This document shows, piece by piece, positions 25,100-37,924 of a stretch of 64,000 bases of DNA. The DNA is from Mobula hypostoma. Taxonomy: Eukaryota. The position numbers were made by a program, and so were the translations under genes. Positions within the stretch are counted from its first letter, which is position 1. Each line of letters opens with the position of its first letter. The notes beneath the pieces were generated by a model. The model was not told the origin of the DNA and ran no database searches. It was given only the letters and a program-made list of their open reading frames with translations. The DNA is taken from assembly GCF_963921235.1 (NCBI RefSeq), contig NC_086108.1, positions 21,080,001-21,144,000 of the forward strand, written 5' to 3'.

Positions 25100-28030
25100 T
25101 AGAATCAGAATCAGGTTTATCACAGACATACTTTATGTCATGAAGTGTGTTGTTTTGTGGTAGTAGTGTGGTGTAAAGACATAAAATTACTATGTTACAA
25201 ATTAGACAAATAGTGCAAAAGATGAATAATGAAGTAGTTACAAGATCTCTGAGGATCTAACCTGGTCCCAACATATTGATGCAGCTATAAAGAAGGCAAG
25301 ACAACATCTACATTTCATTAGGAGCTTGAGGACATTTGGTTTGTCATCTAAGACACATTTATAGAGGTACCGTGGAGAGCATTCTGACAGCTCCGTCACT
25401 GTCTGGTATTGGGGGGGGGGGGGGGCAGTGTTGCTACTGCACAGGACCGAAAGAAACTACAGGAAGTTGTAAAATTAGTCATAAGAGCATAAGAAATAGA
25501 AACAGGAGTAGGCCATCCGGCCCATCGAGCCTGCCCCGCCATTCGATAAGACCATGGCTGATCTGTCCGTAAACTCAGCTCCATCTACCTGCTTTTTACC
25601 CATAACCCTTAATTCCCTTACTATGTAAAAACCTATCTAACTGTTTCTTAAATATATTTAGTGAGGAAGCCCCAACTGCTTCCCTGGGCAGAGAATTCCA
25701 CAGATTCACCACGCTCTGTGAAAAACAGTTTCTCCTCATCTCTGTCCTAAATCTTCTCCCCTGAATCTTGAGGCAATGTCCCCGAGTTCTAGTCTTACCT
25801 ACCAATGGAAACAACTTTCCTACTTCTATCTTATCTAACCCTTTCAAAATTTTGTATGTTTCTATCAGATCCCCTCTCATTCTTCTGAGTTCCAGAGAGT
25901 ATCGTCCCAGGCGACTCAATCTCTCCTCTCTAGGTTAACCCCTCCATCCCTGGAATCAACCTGGTGAACCTCCTCTGCACTGCCTCCAAAGCCAATATAT
26001 CCTTCCTCAGGTATGAAGACCAGAACTGCACAAGTACTCCAGGTGCGGCCTCACCAGTACCCTGTATAGTTGCAGCATGACCTCCCTGCTCTTGAATTCA
26101 ATCCCTCTAGCAATGAAGGCCAACATTCCATTTGCCTTCTTAATAACCTGTTGTACCTGCAAGCCAACATTTTGCGATTCATGCACAAGCACTCCCAAGT
26201 CCCTCTGCACAACAGTATGCTGCAATCTTTCACTATTTAAATAATAATCTGCTCTTCCATTATTCCTTCCAAAGTGGATGATCTTGCATTTACCAACATT
26301 GTATTCCATCTGCCAGGTCTTGGCCCACTCACTTAACCTATCTATATCCCCCTGCAGACTCTTGACATCCTCTGTACAATTTGCTTTTCCACTCAGTTTA
26401 GTGTCATCAGCAAATTTTGCTATGCTACACTCAGTCCCCTCTTCCAAATCATCAATATAAATGGTAAACAGCTGCGGGCCCAGCACCAACCCCTGCGGCA
26501 CCCCACTCACCACTGACTGCCAACTGGAGAAGCACCCATTTATACCAACTTTCTGCCTTCTATCGGTTAACCAATCCACTATCCATGCCAATACACCTCC
26601 TCCAATTCCATGCATCTGTAACTTATTTATAAGTCTATTGTGTGGCACCTTACTGAACGCCTTCTGGAAATCCAAGTATATGGCATCCACCTGTTCCCCT
26701 CTATCCACTGCACTCATTATGTCCTCAAAGAACTCCAGTAAGTTTATCAAATGGGACCTGCCCTTTCTGAATCTATGCTGCATCTGTCTAATGGAACCGC
26801 TCCTTACTAAATGTTTCGCTGTTTCTTCCTTAATGACAGCTTCAAGCATTTTCCCGACTACAGATGTTAAGCTAACTGGCCTATAGTTGCCCGACTTTTG
26901 CCTACATCCTTTTTTAAAAAGTGGAGTGACATTTGCTGTCTTTCAATCTGCCAGGACCTGCCCAGAGTCAAGAGTTTTGATAAATGATTACTAATGCATC
27001 TACTATAACCTTCACCAATTCCTTCAACACCCTGGGATATATCCCATCAGGACCAGGGGACTTCAGGCCCTCTAGTCTGCTCATCACTATCTCTTTAGTG
27101 ACAGTGATTTTATCGAGGTCCTCACCCCCCATTTCGTCCATAACATCCTCCTTTGGCATATTAGATGTGTCCTCCACCTTGAAGACCAACACAAAATAGT
27201 TGTTCAATGTCTCAACCATTTCCTTATCACCCAATATCAGTTTCCCCTTCTCATCTTCCAAGGGATAGTCAGTTCTATCATAGGTACTAGCATCCATAGT
27301 ATCCAAGACATCTTCAAGGCACGGTGTCTCAGAAAGGTGAATGTCATCATTAAGGACCCCATTACCCAGGACATGCCTTCTTCTCATTGTTAATGTCAGG
27401 AAGGAGGTACAGAAGCCTGAAGACACACACTCAGCAATTCAGGAACAGTTTCTTCCCCTCTGCCATCTGATTCTTAAATGGACATTGAACCCGTGGACAC
27501 TACCTCACTTTTATTATTTCTGTTTTTGCAGTTCTTTTAATTTAACTATTTAATACACATGTATATACTTACTGTAATTGATTTGCTTATTTTTTTCCTA
27601 TATTACCATGTACTGTATTGTACCGCTGCCACTAAGTTAACAAATTTCACGGCATATGCCGGTGATATTAAACCTGATTCTAGTTTTCATGGGTTCATTG
27701 ACTATTCAGAAATGGGCAGAGGGTAACAACCTGTTCCTGATATAATGAGTGTGGATCCTCAGGCTCCTTTCCCTCCTTCCTGATGGTAGTAATGTGAAGA
27801 GGGCATATTCCGGATGGTGAGGGTAATTTTATGATGGATGCTGCCTCCTTGAGGCACCACCTCTGTAAGATGTCCTCGATGGTGGAGAAGATTGTGCTTG
27901 TGATGGAACTGACTGAGTCTATAGCTTTCTGCAGCTTCGTGTGATCCTGTGCATTGGAGGTTCCATGCCAGGCTGTGGTGGATTCAAAATGTTCTCCACC
28001 ACAGATATGTAGAAATCTGCATGGGTTTTA
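25100..28030. mobile_element. Nested Rex1-type fragments: outer minus-strand copy (25100-25240, ~27690-28030) and inner plus-strand copy (~25240-25480, 27267-27682)
   Basis: Tails agaatcagaatcaggtttat and taaacctgattct; YRGTVESILT motif; the pieces continue across the CR1 insertion. Confidence 0.65.
25481..27266 (-). mobile_element. CR1 LINE, 5'-truncated
   Basis: 280-aa RT ORF at 26007-26849 (YLDFQKAF, AKFADDTK); tail at the left end; tagtca occurs at both junctions. Confidence 0.9.
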
Positions 28031-29920
28031 GAAGATTACTTTCAGAATCAACCCCTAGCATATAATTCACAGCTTCTACGATCCACCTACTTGCCTACCT
28101 ACTCCCACTACCCCTTGCCTCAGTCCAGCCTGACTTGAGATATAACTGTCTGCAGTTGGTGCAATGCTTACGTTAATTTTTAGTGACTAGGTGCTCTTTC
28201 CTGCAGTATCATAATATCATGTTAAAACCCAACAATCAGAATTGGACATCAAAGTTTAGATCTGGTCATATCACTTTTGCACATAGTTTTAGATTACATA
28301 GGTTTATGATCCTTTGATCTGGTCCAATATGCTTTCTTTATAGATTCCAGGGTTGGAGTTTATATGTTTTGAACAACAACTGCCCCAATAACTACAGGTC
28401 CTTTCTCTATACTATTCCATTATAGTTCCAAGCCATTTCACATTTCCACTCGAAGTATTAACAAAACTGTCGCAAACAAAAGCTGAGATTTACAGTACAT
28501 GGGCATTGTGTACATTTATGCATGAGAATTATTAACCATTCTGTGTAAATCAGCAGATTATTTCTATTTGTGGCAACTGTCAGGAAAGGTGGAAACTTGA
28601 AGTTGGAAAAATTGGAAGAGATGCAGAGTTATTTGTCAACAAGCAGGAGAGGGACAAAGTGCTGGGATTGGCAATTGTTGTTCCCAGTTATTTTTTTTCT
28701 TTAGATGAGGTAGTAACTCTGTTAAGGAAGAAAAAATTAAACTCAATCTCTGTAAAAGATTAGCTTCATTACAGTACTTCAGAAGAACTATTCTTCAAAT
28801 GAAACAATCATGATAAATATCAATGGTCTAGCCAATGTAGAAGGAAAAAGAGAGAAGTTATCAATAAAAGAGCAACAATAACATTTATTAAAGGCAAGAT
28901 TCTTTGAATAATAATACATGGAAAGCTGAAGTGGGGGGAGTAGTTCTTAAAAGAGCTTTGGTTTGATTAAATTAGTTTATTGTGCCAGGTTTCCAGGAAA
29001 CATCTGAAGAAAATGTCAGGAAGTATCTTTCATTACAGGATTTTGATTTGAGAATTTTTTTAGAACTTGCAGTTAGTGCAGTCATGCAAAAGAAGTCACC
29101 ATTCTATTTCAAAATTATGTAGATCTCATCTTAGACTTCCCTAAAAGAACATTCAGCCTTTTCTCAGTACATTTCAGTTACTTTCCTCCACTATATCCAG
29201 ATATCTGAAACTTCTATTAAGTACTATACTTACACTGAATTTTATGCTTTCCATCAGTTCAAAACCTGCTTCTCAGTAGTTTTAATATATGTTACCCTCT
29301 CCTCATATTGAATTGATTGAGACAATGTTTCAGTTCTATCTTTTCCAAACCTTTCCTATCTTGAGAAATAAGATATATTGGAAACCCACAGATAAAGGAA
29401 TCAAAAGTCCTTTTTTGGCTCCATTCAGAACTGAAACCCTCCAGGAGGGAAGCCAGCAAGAATATATTAATGGTCAGTTGTTTCTTTGCTATTTGAATCT
29501 ATAGTATTTAGAGTCAGCTGCCAATTAGGAAGTGGCAAGATTACAGATCAAAACTGTATCTATCCATATGAACTTCCAGACCTGATGGATGTGTGAGGTA
29601 AGCACAGAACCTTGTTGAGCAGGAACTTTCCCACTAATACAATTTTAATCCCTTTTCCTCCAGTATTATTTCATGTCCTACTTTAGTCTCTCTACAGATG
29701 CTGCTTTGCCTGATGAGTATTTCCAGCATTTTCTGGAATTTCGTATTTCCACCATATGCATGTTTTTGCTTTTTAAGTACTGGAATGTAGCTTCATCACT
29801 AGTTTACAATACCAATGAAATCATTGCTGTTACCTTTAAGGCTAATTATTAATTGCCGTTGGAACTCAGTTGTCAGTGACTAGTCCCCCGAACTCTGCAT
29901 TGTTCAATTATAGTCCTATA

Positions 29921-30809
29921 TGTTACATGCTCAAGGAGATGTTTTTTTTGGTGAGAATGATGTAATGGTCTTTTGCAGGTCACCTGATGTGATTTTCCCG
30001 CCGATGTGAGGTCATGTGATGACATGTGACCCATGACTATATAAGGGTCGACCCAGGTGATGCAGGGGGTTTTGAGTTTGTAGATTACCAGGTAGAACGT
30101 GCTGTATCTCCGTTTCTGTTGCGTGTTTGTTTTTATGACGCATTTTCATTTTTAAAACGGTTGTGCGTTCTGTTGCAAAATACCATATTATTTGGACTGG
30201 AAATTTTTGCTAGATGTGTTGATTTACCCAATTCCAACATTAGAAGGGAGAATGAAGAATTTGTCGAAGTTACAGGATCGAAGGATCGAGAGGAGTTGGC
30301 ATCGTTTGGCAGTTTAATAAAGGATCGACCTTATTGAGTCTTCATTGGAGTAGCAACCTGCGTCGAGATAACTCTTGCCAACAAGAGAAAGGAGTACATG
30401 CAAAAAGGTACTCTCTCTCTCTCTTTAAAGGAATTTAAGGTCAATTGATTTAAACTGTTTATTTTCGGCATCGTGAATCCTATGGACAGAACCGCAGTAA
30501 AGCTGCGTCTGTGAAGAAATCCTTCTCCAGAGAAGTCCCTCCCAATTGAACGTGTAAATCTGTTGGACTTTCGAAGTTATCGCTTTAAGAACTATATCTG
30601 ACTGTATCGCTTTAAAAACTGTTTTCGCATTTAACGCTTTAAGAACCAGAGCCGAGTGGCGAGTTGGTGAACGGCTGCGTACCTGTTAACTTCCAGTTAA
30701 AGTTTTCGTTTGTTTTTTTTCCCTTATCGTTTATTCGTGTTTAATAAATGTTTGGTTGTTTTTATATAACCTGTCTCGATTGATATTAATTGTTGCTGTT
30801 TATGTAACA
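29921..30809 (+). repeat. 5' LTR of the Gmr1-like element
   Basis: TG...CA termini; closely similar to 37029-37922; TATA-like tatataa and AATAAA. Confidence 0.93.
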
Positions 30810-30816
30810 TAAACTG

Positions 30817-30834
30817 TGGGGGCTCGGCCAGGAA
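30817..30834 (+). promoter_or_regulatory. Primer-binding site, tRNA-Pro-like
   Basis: tgggggctcggccaggaa versus canonical PBS-Pro TGGGGGCTCGTCCGGGAT, 7 nt after the LTR end. Confidence 0.7.
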
Positions 30835-30941
30835 ATGTTCCAATTTTGAATTTAAGTGCTGGTAATTGCCATTTTGATTTGGAAAAGGGAAATACCCGAT
30901 TTTTTTTAGTTTGATTGGTGGGTGTGTTGTATTCGGCAACA

Positions 30942-32141
30942 ATGAATATTGATGGGTTTTTGAAGACGGCTGACTTGGGATCTTTAGAGAATGCAAGAAA
31001 ACCTGAGGTATTGGAGATTGCTAGGAAGTTGGATATTAAAGGAATTATGAGAAATTCTACGAAGGCTTTCATACAAAGAAAAATCGCTGAACATTTTATT
31101 AATTTGGAATTGTTTGATGCTGAGGTGTTAGATAAGTTTCCAATGAGTAATCTGGAAATGCAGTTGCATCTTGAACAGTTAAAGTTTGAAAGATTTAAAA
31201 TGGAAATGGAAGAAAGAGAGGCTAATAAAATAAGGGAATTCGAAGAAAGAGAGGCCCTTAAAAAAAGGGAATTTACAGGAAGAGAAGCTGAAAATCAGAG
31301 GAAATTTGAGCTAGAGATGCAGAAATTAAAGTCCAAGAGTCAGTCTTCTGATTCTACGGAACAGTTTATTGCTAGTCGTGAGGTTATTTTGGCTCCTCCA
31401 TTTAATGAAGCTGATGTGGACACATATTTCCAACATTTCGAAACAGTTGCTCTGAGTTTAAAGTGGCCGAAAGTCCAATGGCCAGTGATGTTACAAAGTG
31501 TAATTAAAGGCAAGGCACAACAAGTTTATACAGCTTTAAATGCTGAGCAAGCACTGGATTATGATATTGTTAAACAGCAAATATTAAGGGCATATGAGTT
31601 GGTTCCGGAAGCATATAGAGAAAGATTCAGAAATTTGAATAAATCGGTGGAAAAAACTTATGTGGAATTTGCCTATGAGACATTTGTGTGTTTTGAGAGA
31701 TGGGTTTCCTCTAAAAATGTGAATGGGGAGTATAATAAATTAAAAGAGCTGATTTTGCAGAAGGAATTTAAAAGAAGCATTCCTGTTGAAGTGAGAACAT
31801 ACTTAAGTGAATGGGACACTGCTACATTGCAGGAGATTGCTAAGTTGGCTGATGAGTATGTTTTAATTCACAAGAATAAATTTTCTCCAGGTAAAATTTT
31901 TAAAAGGAAAACTAGCACAGAGAGTCAAGGTAAACCAGAAATTAAATCTGAAGTTAGTGAAAAAAGTAAGGATGAAGGGAGACATGTGAAGGAAAGACAT
32001 TTTGGTATTATTTGTAATTATTGTAAGAAACCTGGACATGTAGTAGCTAATTGCTTCCGATTGAAACGGAAAGATAAAGAAGTGGCCCCAGATGCTTGTG
32101 TGCAGCATATTGAAAAACCTGTAAAACCACAGGGTTTATAA
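30942..32141 (+). CDS. gag: Gag-like protein (coiled coil, capsid/SCAN-like region, CCHC zinc knuckle)
   Basis: Uninterrupted ~400 codons; AYELVPEAYRERFR and CNYCKKPGHVVANC. Confidence 0.8.
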   Translation: MNIDGFLKTADLGSLENARKPEVLEIARKLDIKGIMRNSTKAFIQRKIAEHFINLELFDAEVLDKFPMSNLEMQLHLEQLKFERFKMEMEEREANKIREFEEREALKKREFTGREAENQRKFELEMQKLKSKSQSSDSTEQFIASREVILAPPFNEADVDTYFQHFETVALSLKWPKVQWPVMLQSVIKGKAQQVYTALNAEQALDYDIVKQQILRAYELVPEAYRERFRNLNKSVEKTYVEFAYETFVCFERWVSSKNVNGEYNKLKELILQKEFKRSIPVEVRTYLSEWDTATLQEIAKLADEYVLIHKNKFSPGKIFKRKTSTESQGKPEIKSEVSEKSKDEGRHVKERHFGIICNYCKKPGHVVANCFRLKRKDKEVAPDACVQHIEKPVKPQGL

Positions 32142-32156
32142 AATATTAATGAAGAT

Positions 32157-35100
32157 GTGTCAGAGTTTGACCAAGTTAAGAAAGGATATGAAGCTTTTAT
32201 AACAGAAGGATTTGTATTCTTGAAAGAAGGATCCAATTCAGTACCAATAAGGATACTTAGAGATACTGGAACTTCACAATCACTACTATTAGACAGTGTG
32301 CTAAGGTTTAGTGATGAGTCTGACATTGGTGAGGTAAATTATATAAGAGGGGTAGGGAGTGCCCTTATGCCAGTACATTTACATAGAGTAAATTTAAGGT
32401 CAGGATTAGTTACAGGGGTTGTTAAAGTAGGACTACAATCCAGTTTACCTGTGAATGATGTTTCTCTTTTGTTAGGGAATGATTTAGCAGGTGGACAAGC
32501 TTTTCCTGAAGTGCATTTGACAATAAATTCAAATTCTGAGGAACCACGGAGCGATTCTAACACAGATTCTTCCTGTGTTGTAACAAGAGCTATGGCTAAA
32601 AAGACTGATGTAAAGGATGAGGTTGTTACCCATGACAGTTCAAATCAAGATTCGAATTTTGAGGATGTATCAGAAACTTTCTTGCTGACCTTATTTGATC
32701 AGGATTTTTGTGGTAAGTCTGACCAGGAAGATTTGTCTTTATCTCGAAAGGAGATGATAGCAGAGCAGGGTAGAGATCCTGAGATAGTTAAATTAAAAGA
32801 ACAAGCTCTTCCAGATAGTGAAATTGAAAAAGTACCAGTTGGATATTATTTTGAAAAGAGGGTATTAATGAGAAAGTGGCGATCACCTACAATTCCTGCT
32901 AGTGAGGAATGGGAAGTTAATCATCAGGTAGTAGTTCCTAAAATTTACCGAAATGAGATTTTGACTATGGCTCATGGTATTCCTTTGGGTGGTCATTTAG
33001 GGGTAAAGAAAACTATGAACAAAGTTTCTAAACATTTTTATTGGCCTAATTTAAGACAAGGTGTGGTGACATTTTGTAAAACGTGTCATACGTGTCAAAT
33101 TGTTGGTAAACCTAATCAAGTTACTCCAGTGGCCCCACTGCAACCAATTCCTGTATTTGGTGAGCCATTCTCAAAAATCATTGTAGACTGTGTAGGTCCT
33201 TTGCCAAAAACTAAAACTGGACATCAATATTTATTAACTATTATGTGCACAGCGTCTAGGTTTCCAGAGACAGTACCTCTTAGGAATATAACAGCCAAAA
33301 CTGTGACAAAGGCTCTTATAAAATTCTTTACTTATTTTGGGTTGCCTAAGGAAATACAATCAGATCAAGGTAGTAATTTTATGTCTGGGTTGTTTCAACA
33401 GATAGTTTATAAACTGGGAGCAAAACAGATTATTTCCTCAGCCTATCATCCAGAATCACAAGGAGCCTTGGAGAGATTTCATTCTACACTAAAAACTATG
33501 ATTAGGACATATTGTGGAGAAAATGAAAAGGACTGGGATGAAGGTATACATCTACTACTGTTTGCAGTAAGGGAGGCAATACAGGAATCATTAGGTTTTA
33601 GTCCTTTTGAACTTGTGTTTAGACATAGAGTTCGAGGACCTTTGGCTTTGTTGAAACATAGAAACATAGAAAATAGGTGCAGGAGTAGGCCATTCGGCCC
33701 TTCGAGCCTGCACCACCATTTATTATGATCATGGCTGATCATCCAACTCAGAACCCAGCCTTCCCTCCATACCCCCTGACCCCTGTAGCCACAAGGGCCA
33801 TATCTAACTTCCTTTTAAACATAGCTAATGAACTGGCCTCAACAGTTTGCTGTGGCAGAGAATTCCACAGATTCACCACTCTCTGTGTGAAGAAGTTTTT
33901 CCTAATCTCGGTCCTAAAAGGCTTCCCCTCTATCCTCAAACTGTGACCCCTCGTTCTGGACCTCCCCAACATCGGGAACAATCTTCCCGCATCTAGCCTG
34001 TCCAATCCCTTTAGGATCTTATACGTTTCAATCAGATCCCCCCTCAATCTTCTAAATTCCAACGAGTACAAGCCCAGTTCATCCAGTCTTTCTTCATATG
34101 AAAGACCTGCCATCCCAGGAATCAATCTGGTGAACCTTCTTTGTACTCCCTCTATGGCAAAGATGTCTTTCCTCAGATTAGGGGACCAAAACTGCACACA
34201 ATACTCCAGGTGTGGTCTCACCAAGGCCTTGTACAACTGCAGTAGTACCTCCCTGCTCCTGTACTCGAATCCTCTCGCTATAAATGCCAGCATACCATTC
34301 GCCTTTTTCACCGCCTGCTGTACCTGCATGCCCACTTTCAATGACTGGTGTATAATGACACCCAGGTCTCGTTGCACCTCCCCTTTTCCTAATCGGCCAC
34401 CATTCAGATAATAATCTGTTTTCCTATTTTTGCCACCAAAGTGGATAACTTCACATTTATCCACATTAAATTGCATCTGCCATGAGTTTGCCCACTCACC
34501 CAACCTATCCAAGTCACCTTGCATCCTCTTAGCATCCTCCTCACTGCTAACACTGCCACCCAGCTTCGTGTCATCCGCAAACTTGGAGATGCTGCATTTA
34601 ATTCCCTCATCCAAGTCATTAATATATATTGTAAACAACTGGGGTCCCAGCACTGAGCCTTGCGGTACCCCACTAGTCACCGCCTGCCATTCTGAAAAGG
34701 TCCCGTTTATTCCCACTCTTTGCTTCCTGTCTGCTAACCAATTCTCCACCCACACCAATACCTTACCCCCAATACCGTGTGCTTTAAGTTTGCACACTAA
34801 TCTCCTGTGTGGGACCTTGTCAAAAGCCTTTTGAAAATCCAAATATACCACATCCACTGGTTCTCCCCTATCCACTCTACTAGTTACATCCTCAAAAAAT
34901 TCTATGAGATTCGTCAGACATGATTTTCCTTTCACAAATCCATGCTGACTTTGTCCGATCATTTCACCGCTTTCCAAATGTGCTGTTATCACATCCTTGA
35001 TAACTGACTCCAGCAGTTTCCCCACCACCGACGTTAGGCTAACCGGCCTATAATTCCCCGGTTTCTCTCTCCCTCCTTTTTTAAAAAGTGGGGTTACATT

Positions 35101-35860
35101 AGCCACCCTCCAATCCTCAGGAACTAGTCCAGAATCTAACGAGTTTTGAAAAATTATCACTAATGCATCCACTATTTCTTGGGCTACTTCCTTAAGCACT
35201 CTGGGATGCAGACCATCTGGCCCTGGGGATTTATCTGCCTTCAATCCCTTCAATTTACCTAACACCACTTCCCTACTAACATGTATTTCGCTCAGTTCCT
35301 CCATCTCACTGGACCCTCTGTCCCTTACTATTTCTGGAAGATTATTTATGTCCTCCTTAGTGAAGACAGAACCAAAGTAATTATTCAATTGGTCTGCCAT
35401 GTCCTTGCTCCCCATAATCAATTCACCTGTTTCTGTCTGCAGGGGACCTACATTTGTCTTTATCAGTCTTTTCCTTTTTACATATCTATAAAAGCTTTTA
35501 CAGTCCGTTTTTATGTTCTCTGCCAGTTTTCTCACACACTAATTTGCTAGATTATGTTTTGAAATTTAAAGACAGATTGCACAAAGCTTGTAGCTTAGCC
35601 AAGGAAAATTTAAAGATAGCTCAAGAGAAGATGAAGACGTGGTATGATAAGGAAGCTAGGATGAGGTCATTTAAGCCTGGAGATAAGGTGTTGGTTCTTT
35701 TCCCAGTGCAAACGAACCCATGACAAGCAAAATTCCATGGTCCTTATGAGATTAAATCTAAGGTAAATGATGTGGATTATGTGGTAAAAACCCCAGATCG
35801 GAGGAAGACAACACAGCTGTGTCATATAAATATGATGAAACCGTATTATGAGAGATAAGT
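32157..35860 (+). pseudogene. pol: Protease and integrase, interrupted by CR1 at ~33653-35534
   Basis: ILRDTGTSQSL; HHCC motif (AHGIPLGGHLG...CKTC); IIVDCVGP, IQSDQGSNF and ESQGALERF. The C-terminus resumes as TNLLDYV...FHGPYEI after the insertion. Confidence 0.88.
33653..35534 (-). mobile_element. Young 5'-truncated CR1 LINE with an uninterrupted RT frame
   Basis: 595-aa open frame 33748-35535 containing the RT motifs; tandem tail gaaacatagaaacataga. Confidence 0.95.
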
Positions 35861-36079
35861 TGCTACTATGACTGTTGTGATCGATAATGAGTCTGATCTT
35901 GATGAAAACTTACTAGAGGATTCATCTGAAACTCATTTTAAACCCAACATTATTTCAGCCAGGTTACCAAATTCAAAAATTCTGGAAAATATTGATGAAA
36001 AATTAGCTCATTTACAGCCAGAGCAGAGAGAGCAGATGAAACAGTTAATTTTTAAATATAGAGATTTATTTCCAGACGT

Positions 36080-36830
36080 CCCTAGATGTAGATGTTGGAG
36101 ATGCAAAACCCATAAAGCAACATCCGTATCGAATGAACAGGGAAAAATGTGAACTGGCTGAACAAGAAATTAAGTATGTGTTAGAGAATGATATTATTAG
36201 ACATTCTAATTTGAATTGGAGTTCACCGTGTGTTATGGTGCCTAAGCCAGACAATAGTATTAGGTTTTGTACGGATTACAAAAAAGTGAATGCTGTGACA
36301 AAGACCGATGCATATCCAATCCCTAGGGTAGATGATTGTGTGGATAAAGTTGGACAGGCTAAATTCCTTACAAAAATTGATTTGTTGAAAGGTTATTGGT
36401 GTGTTCCATTGACAGATAGAGGTAGAGAGATTTCAGCAATCATAACCCCATCTGGGTTATATGAATATAATGTTCTTCCATTTGGAATGAAGAATGCATC
36501 AGGTACTTTTCAGAGGATGATTAATGGCATGATTCAGGGATTAAAAGATACAGATGCCTATATTGATGATTTTGTTACAGGAAATAATTCGTGGAAAGCA
36601 CATATTACAGCGGTGGAGAAATTACTTGAGAGACTTTCAAAAGCTAACTTAACTATTAACTTAGCTAAAAGTGAATTTGGTTATGCCACTGTGACTGTTA
36701 GGGAAAAGGGTTAAGGAAATTAGATTCCAATTTAATAACACAGTTTAATGTTACAGGAGTACAATATTTTGATCACTCATATTAAGGGTAAAGATAATGT
36801 GATCGCTGATTGTCTATCTAGGTGTTAAAT
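36080..36830 (+). pseudogene. pol: RT of the Gmr1-like element, truncated; RNase H mostly deleted
   Basis: WSSPCVMVPKPDNSIRFCTDYKKVN, LPFGMKNA and AYIDD; then jumps to HIKGKDNVIADCLSR. Confidence 0.88.
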
Positions 36831-37028
36831 GGACAATGAAAATTTGTTCTTTTTGGAGTGATATTTTAACATTTGTAACACTCCTACTGTACATTAGTTT
36901 GTAAAGGGCTGAAAGATAAGATTGTACATATTGTGTATTTTGTAAATTTTATACCTTTTGTATTTTTTTTGTATAAATTGTTAAAATTTTGTTCTTCAAG
37001 AGACAAAAATTGTTTTTTTGGAGAGAGA

Positions 37029-37922
37029 TGTTACATGCTCAAGGAGATGTGTTTTTTTTGTGAGAATGATGTAATGGTCTTTTGGAGGTCACCTGATGTG
37101 ATTTTCCCGCCGATGTGAGGTCATGTGATGACATGTGACCCATGACTATATAAGGGTCGACCCAGGTGACGCAGGGGGTTTTGAGTTTGTAGATTTCCAG
37201 GTAGAACGTGCTGTATCTCCGTTTCTGTTGCGTGTTTGTTTTTATGATGCAGTTTCATTTTTAAAATGGTTGTGCATTCTGTTGCAAAATACCATATTAT
37301 TTGGACTGGAAATTTTTGCTAGATGTGTTGATTTACCCAATTCCAACATTAGAAGGGAGAGTGAAGAATTTATCGAAGTTACAGGATCGAAGGATCGAGA
37401 GGAGTCGGCATCGTTTGGCAGTTTAGTAAAGGATCGACCTTATTGAGTCTTCATTGGAGTAGCAACCTGCATCGAGATAACTCTTGCCAAAAAGAGAAAG
37501 GAGTTCATGCAAAAAGGTATTCTCTCTCTCTCTCTTTAAAGGAATTTAAGGTCAGTTGATTTAAACTGTTTATTTTCAGCATCGTGAATCCTGTGGACAG
37601 AACCGCAGTAAAGCTGCGTCTGTGAAGAAATCCTTCTCCAGAGAAGTCTCTCCCAATTGAACATGTAAATCTGTTGGACTTTCGAAGTTATCGCTTTAAG
37701 AACTTTATCTGACTGTATCGTTTTAAGAACTGTTTTCGCATTTAACGCTTTAAGAACCAGAGCCGAGTGGGGAGCTGGCGAACGGCTGCATACCTGTTAA
37801 CTTCCGGTTAAAGTTTTCATTTGTTTTTTTTTTCCCTTACCGTTTATTCGTGTTTAATAAATGTTTGGTTGTTTTTATATAACCTGTCTCGATTGATATT
37901 CATTGTTGCCGTTTACGTAACA
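37029..37922 (+). repeat. 3' LTR of the Gmr1-like element
   Basis: Preceded by the purine tract ggagagaga; direct repeat of 29921-30809. Confidence 0.93.
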
Positions 37923-37924
37923 CG

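Larger units (their letters stand above)
29921..37922 (+). mobile_element. Gmr1-like Gypsy LTR retrotransposon (gag-PR-IN-RT order), both LTRs present, defective
   Basis: Direct ~890-bp LTRs (TGTTAC...GTAACA), PBS and PPT; integrase lies upstream of RT; CR1 insertion; most of RNase H deleted. Confidence 0.93.

Noticed and set aside
28100..29900. Repeat-poor AT-rich block as an exon or ncRNA
   Set aside because: No ORF, RNA-gene motif or structure that I can support; conservation data would be needed.
30026..37446. Duplicated 103-aa ORF (30026 and 37135)
   Set aside because: It lies within the two LTRs, so the duplication is trivial, and it has a non-ATG start.
29921..37922. Endogenous retrovirus or Copia call (Pro PBS; integrase before RT)
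   Set aside because: There is no env, and the RT and integrase motifs are Gypsy-type; the order fits Gmr1-like elements.
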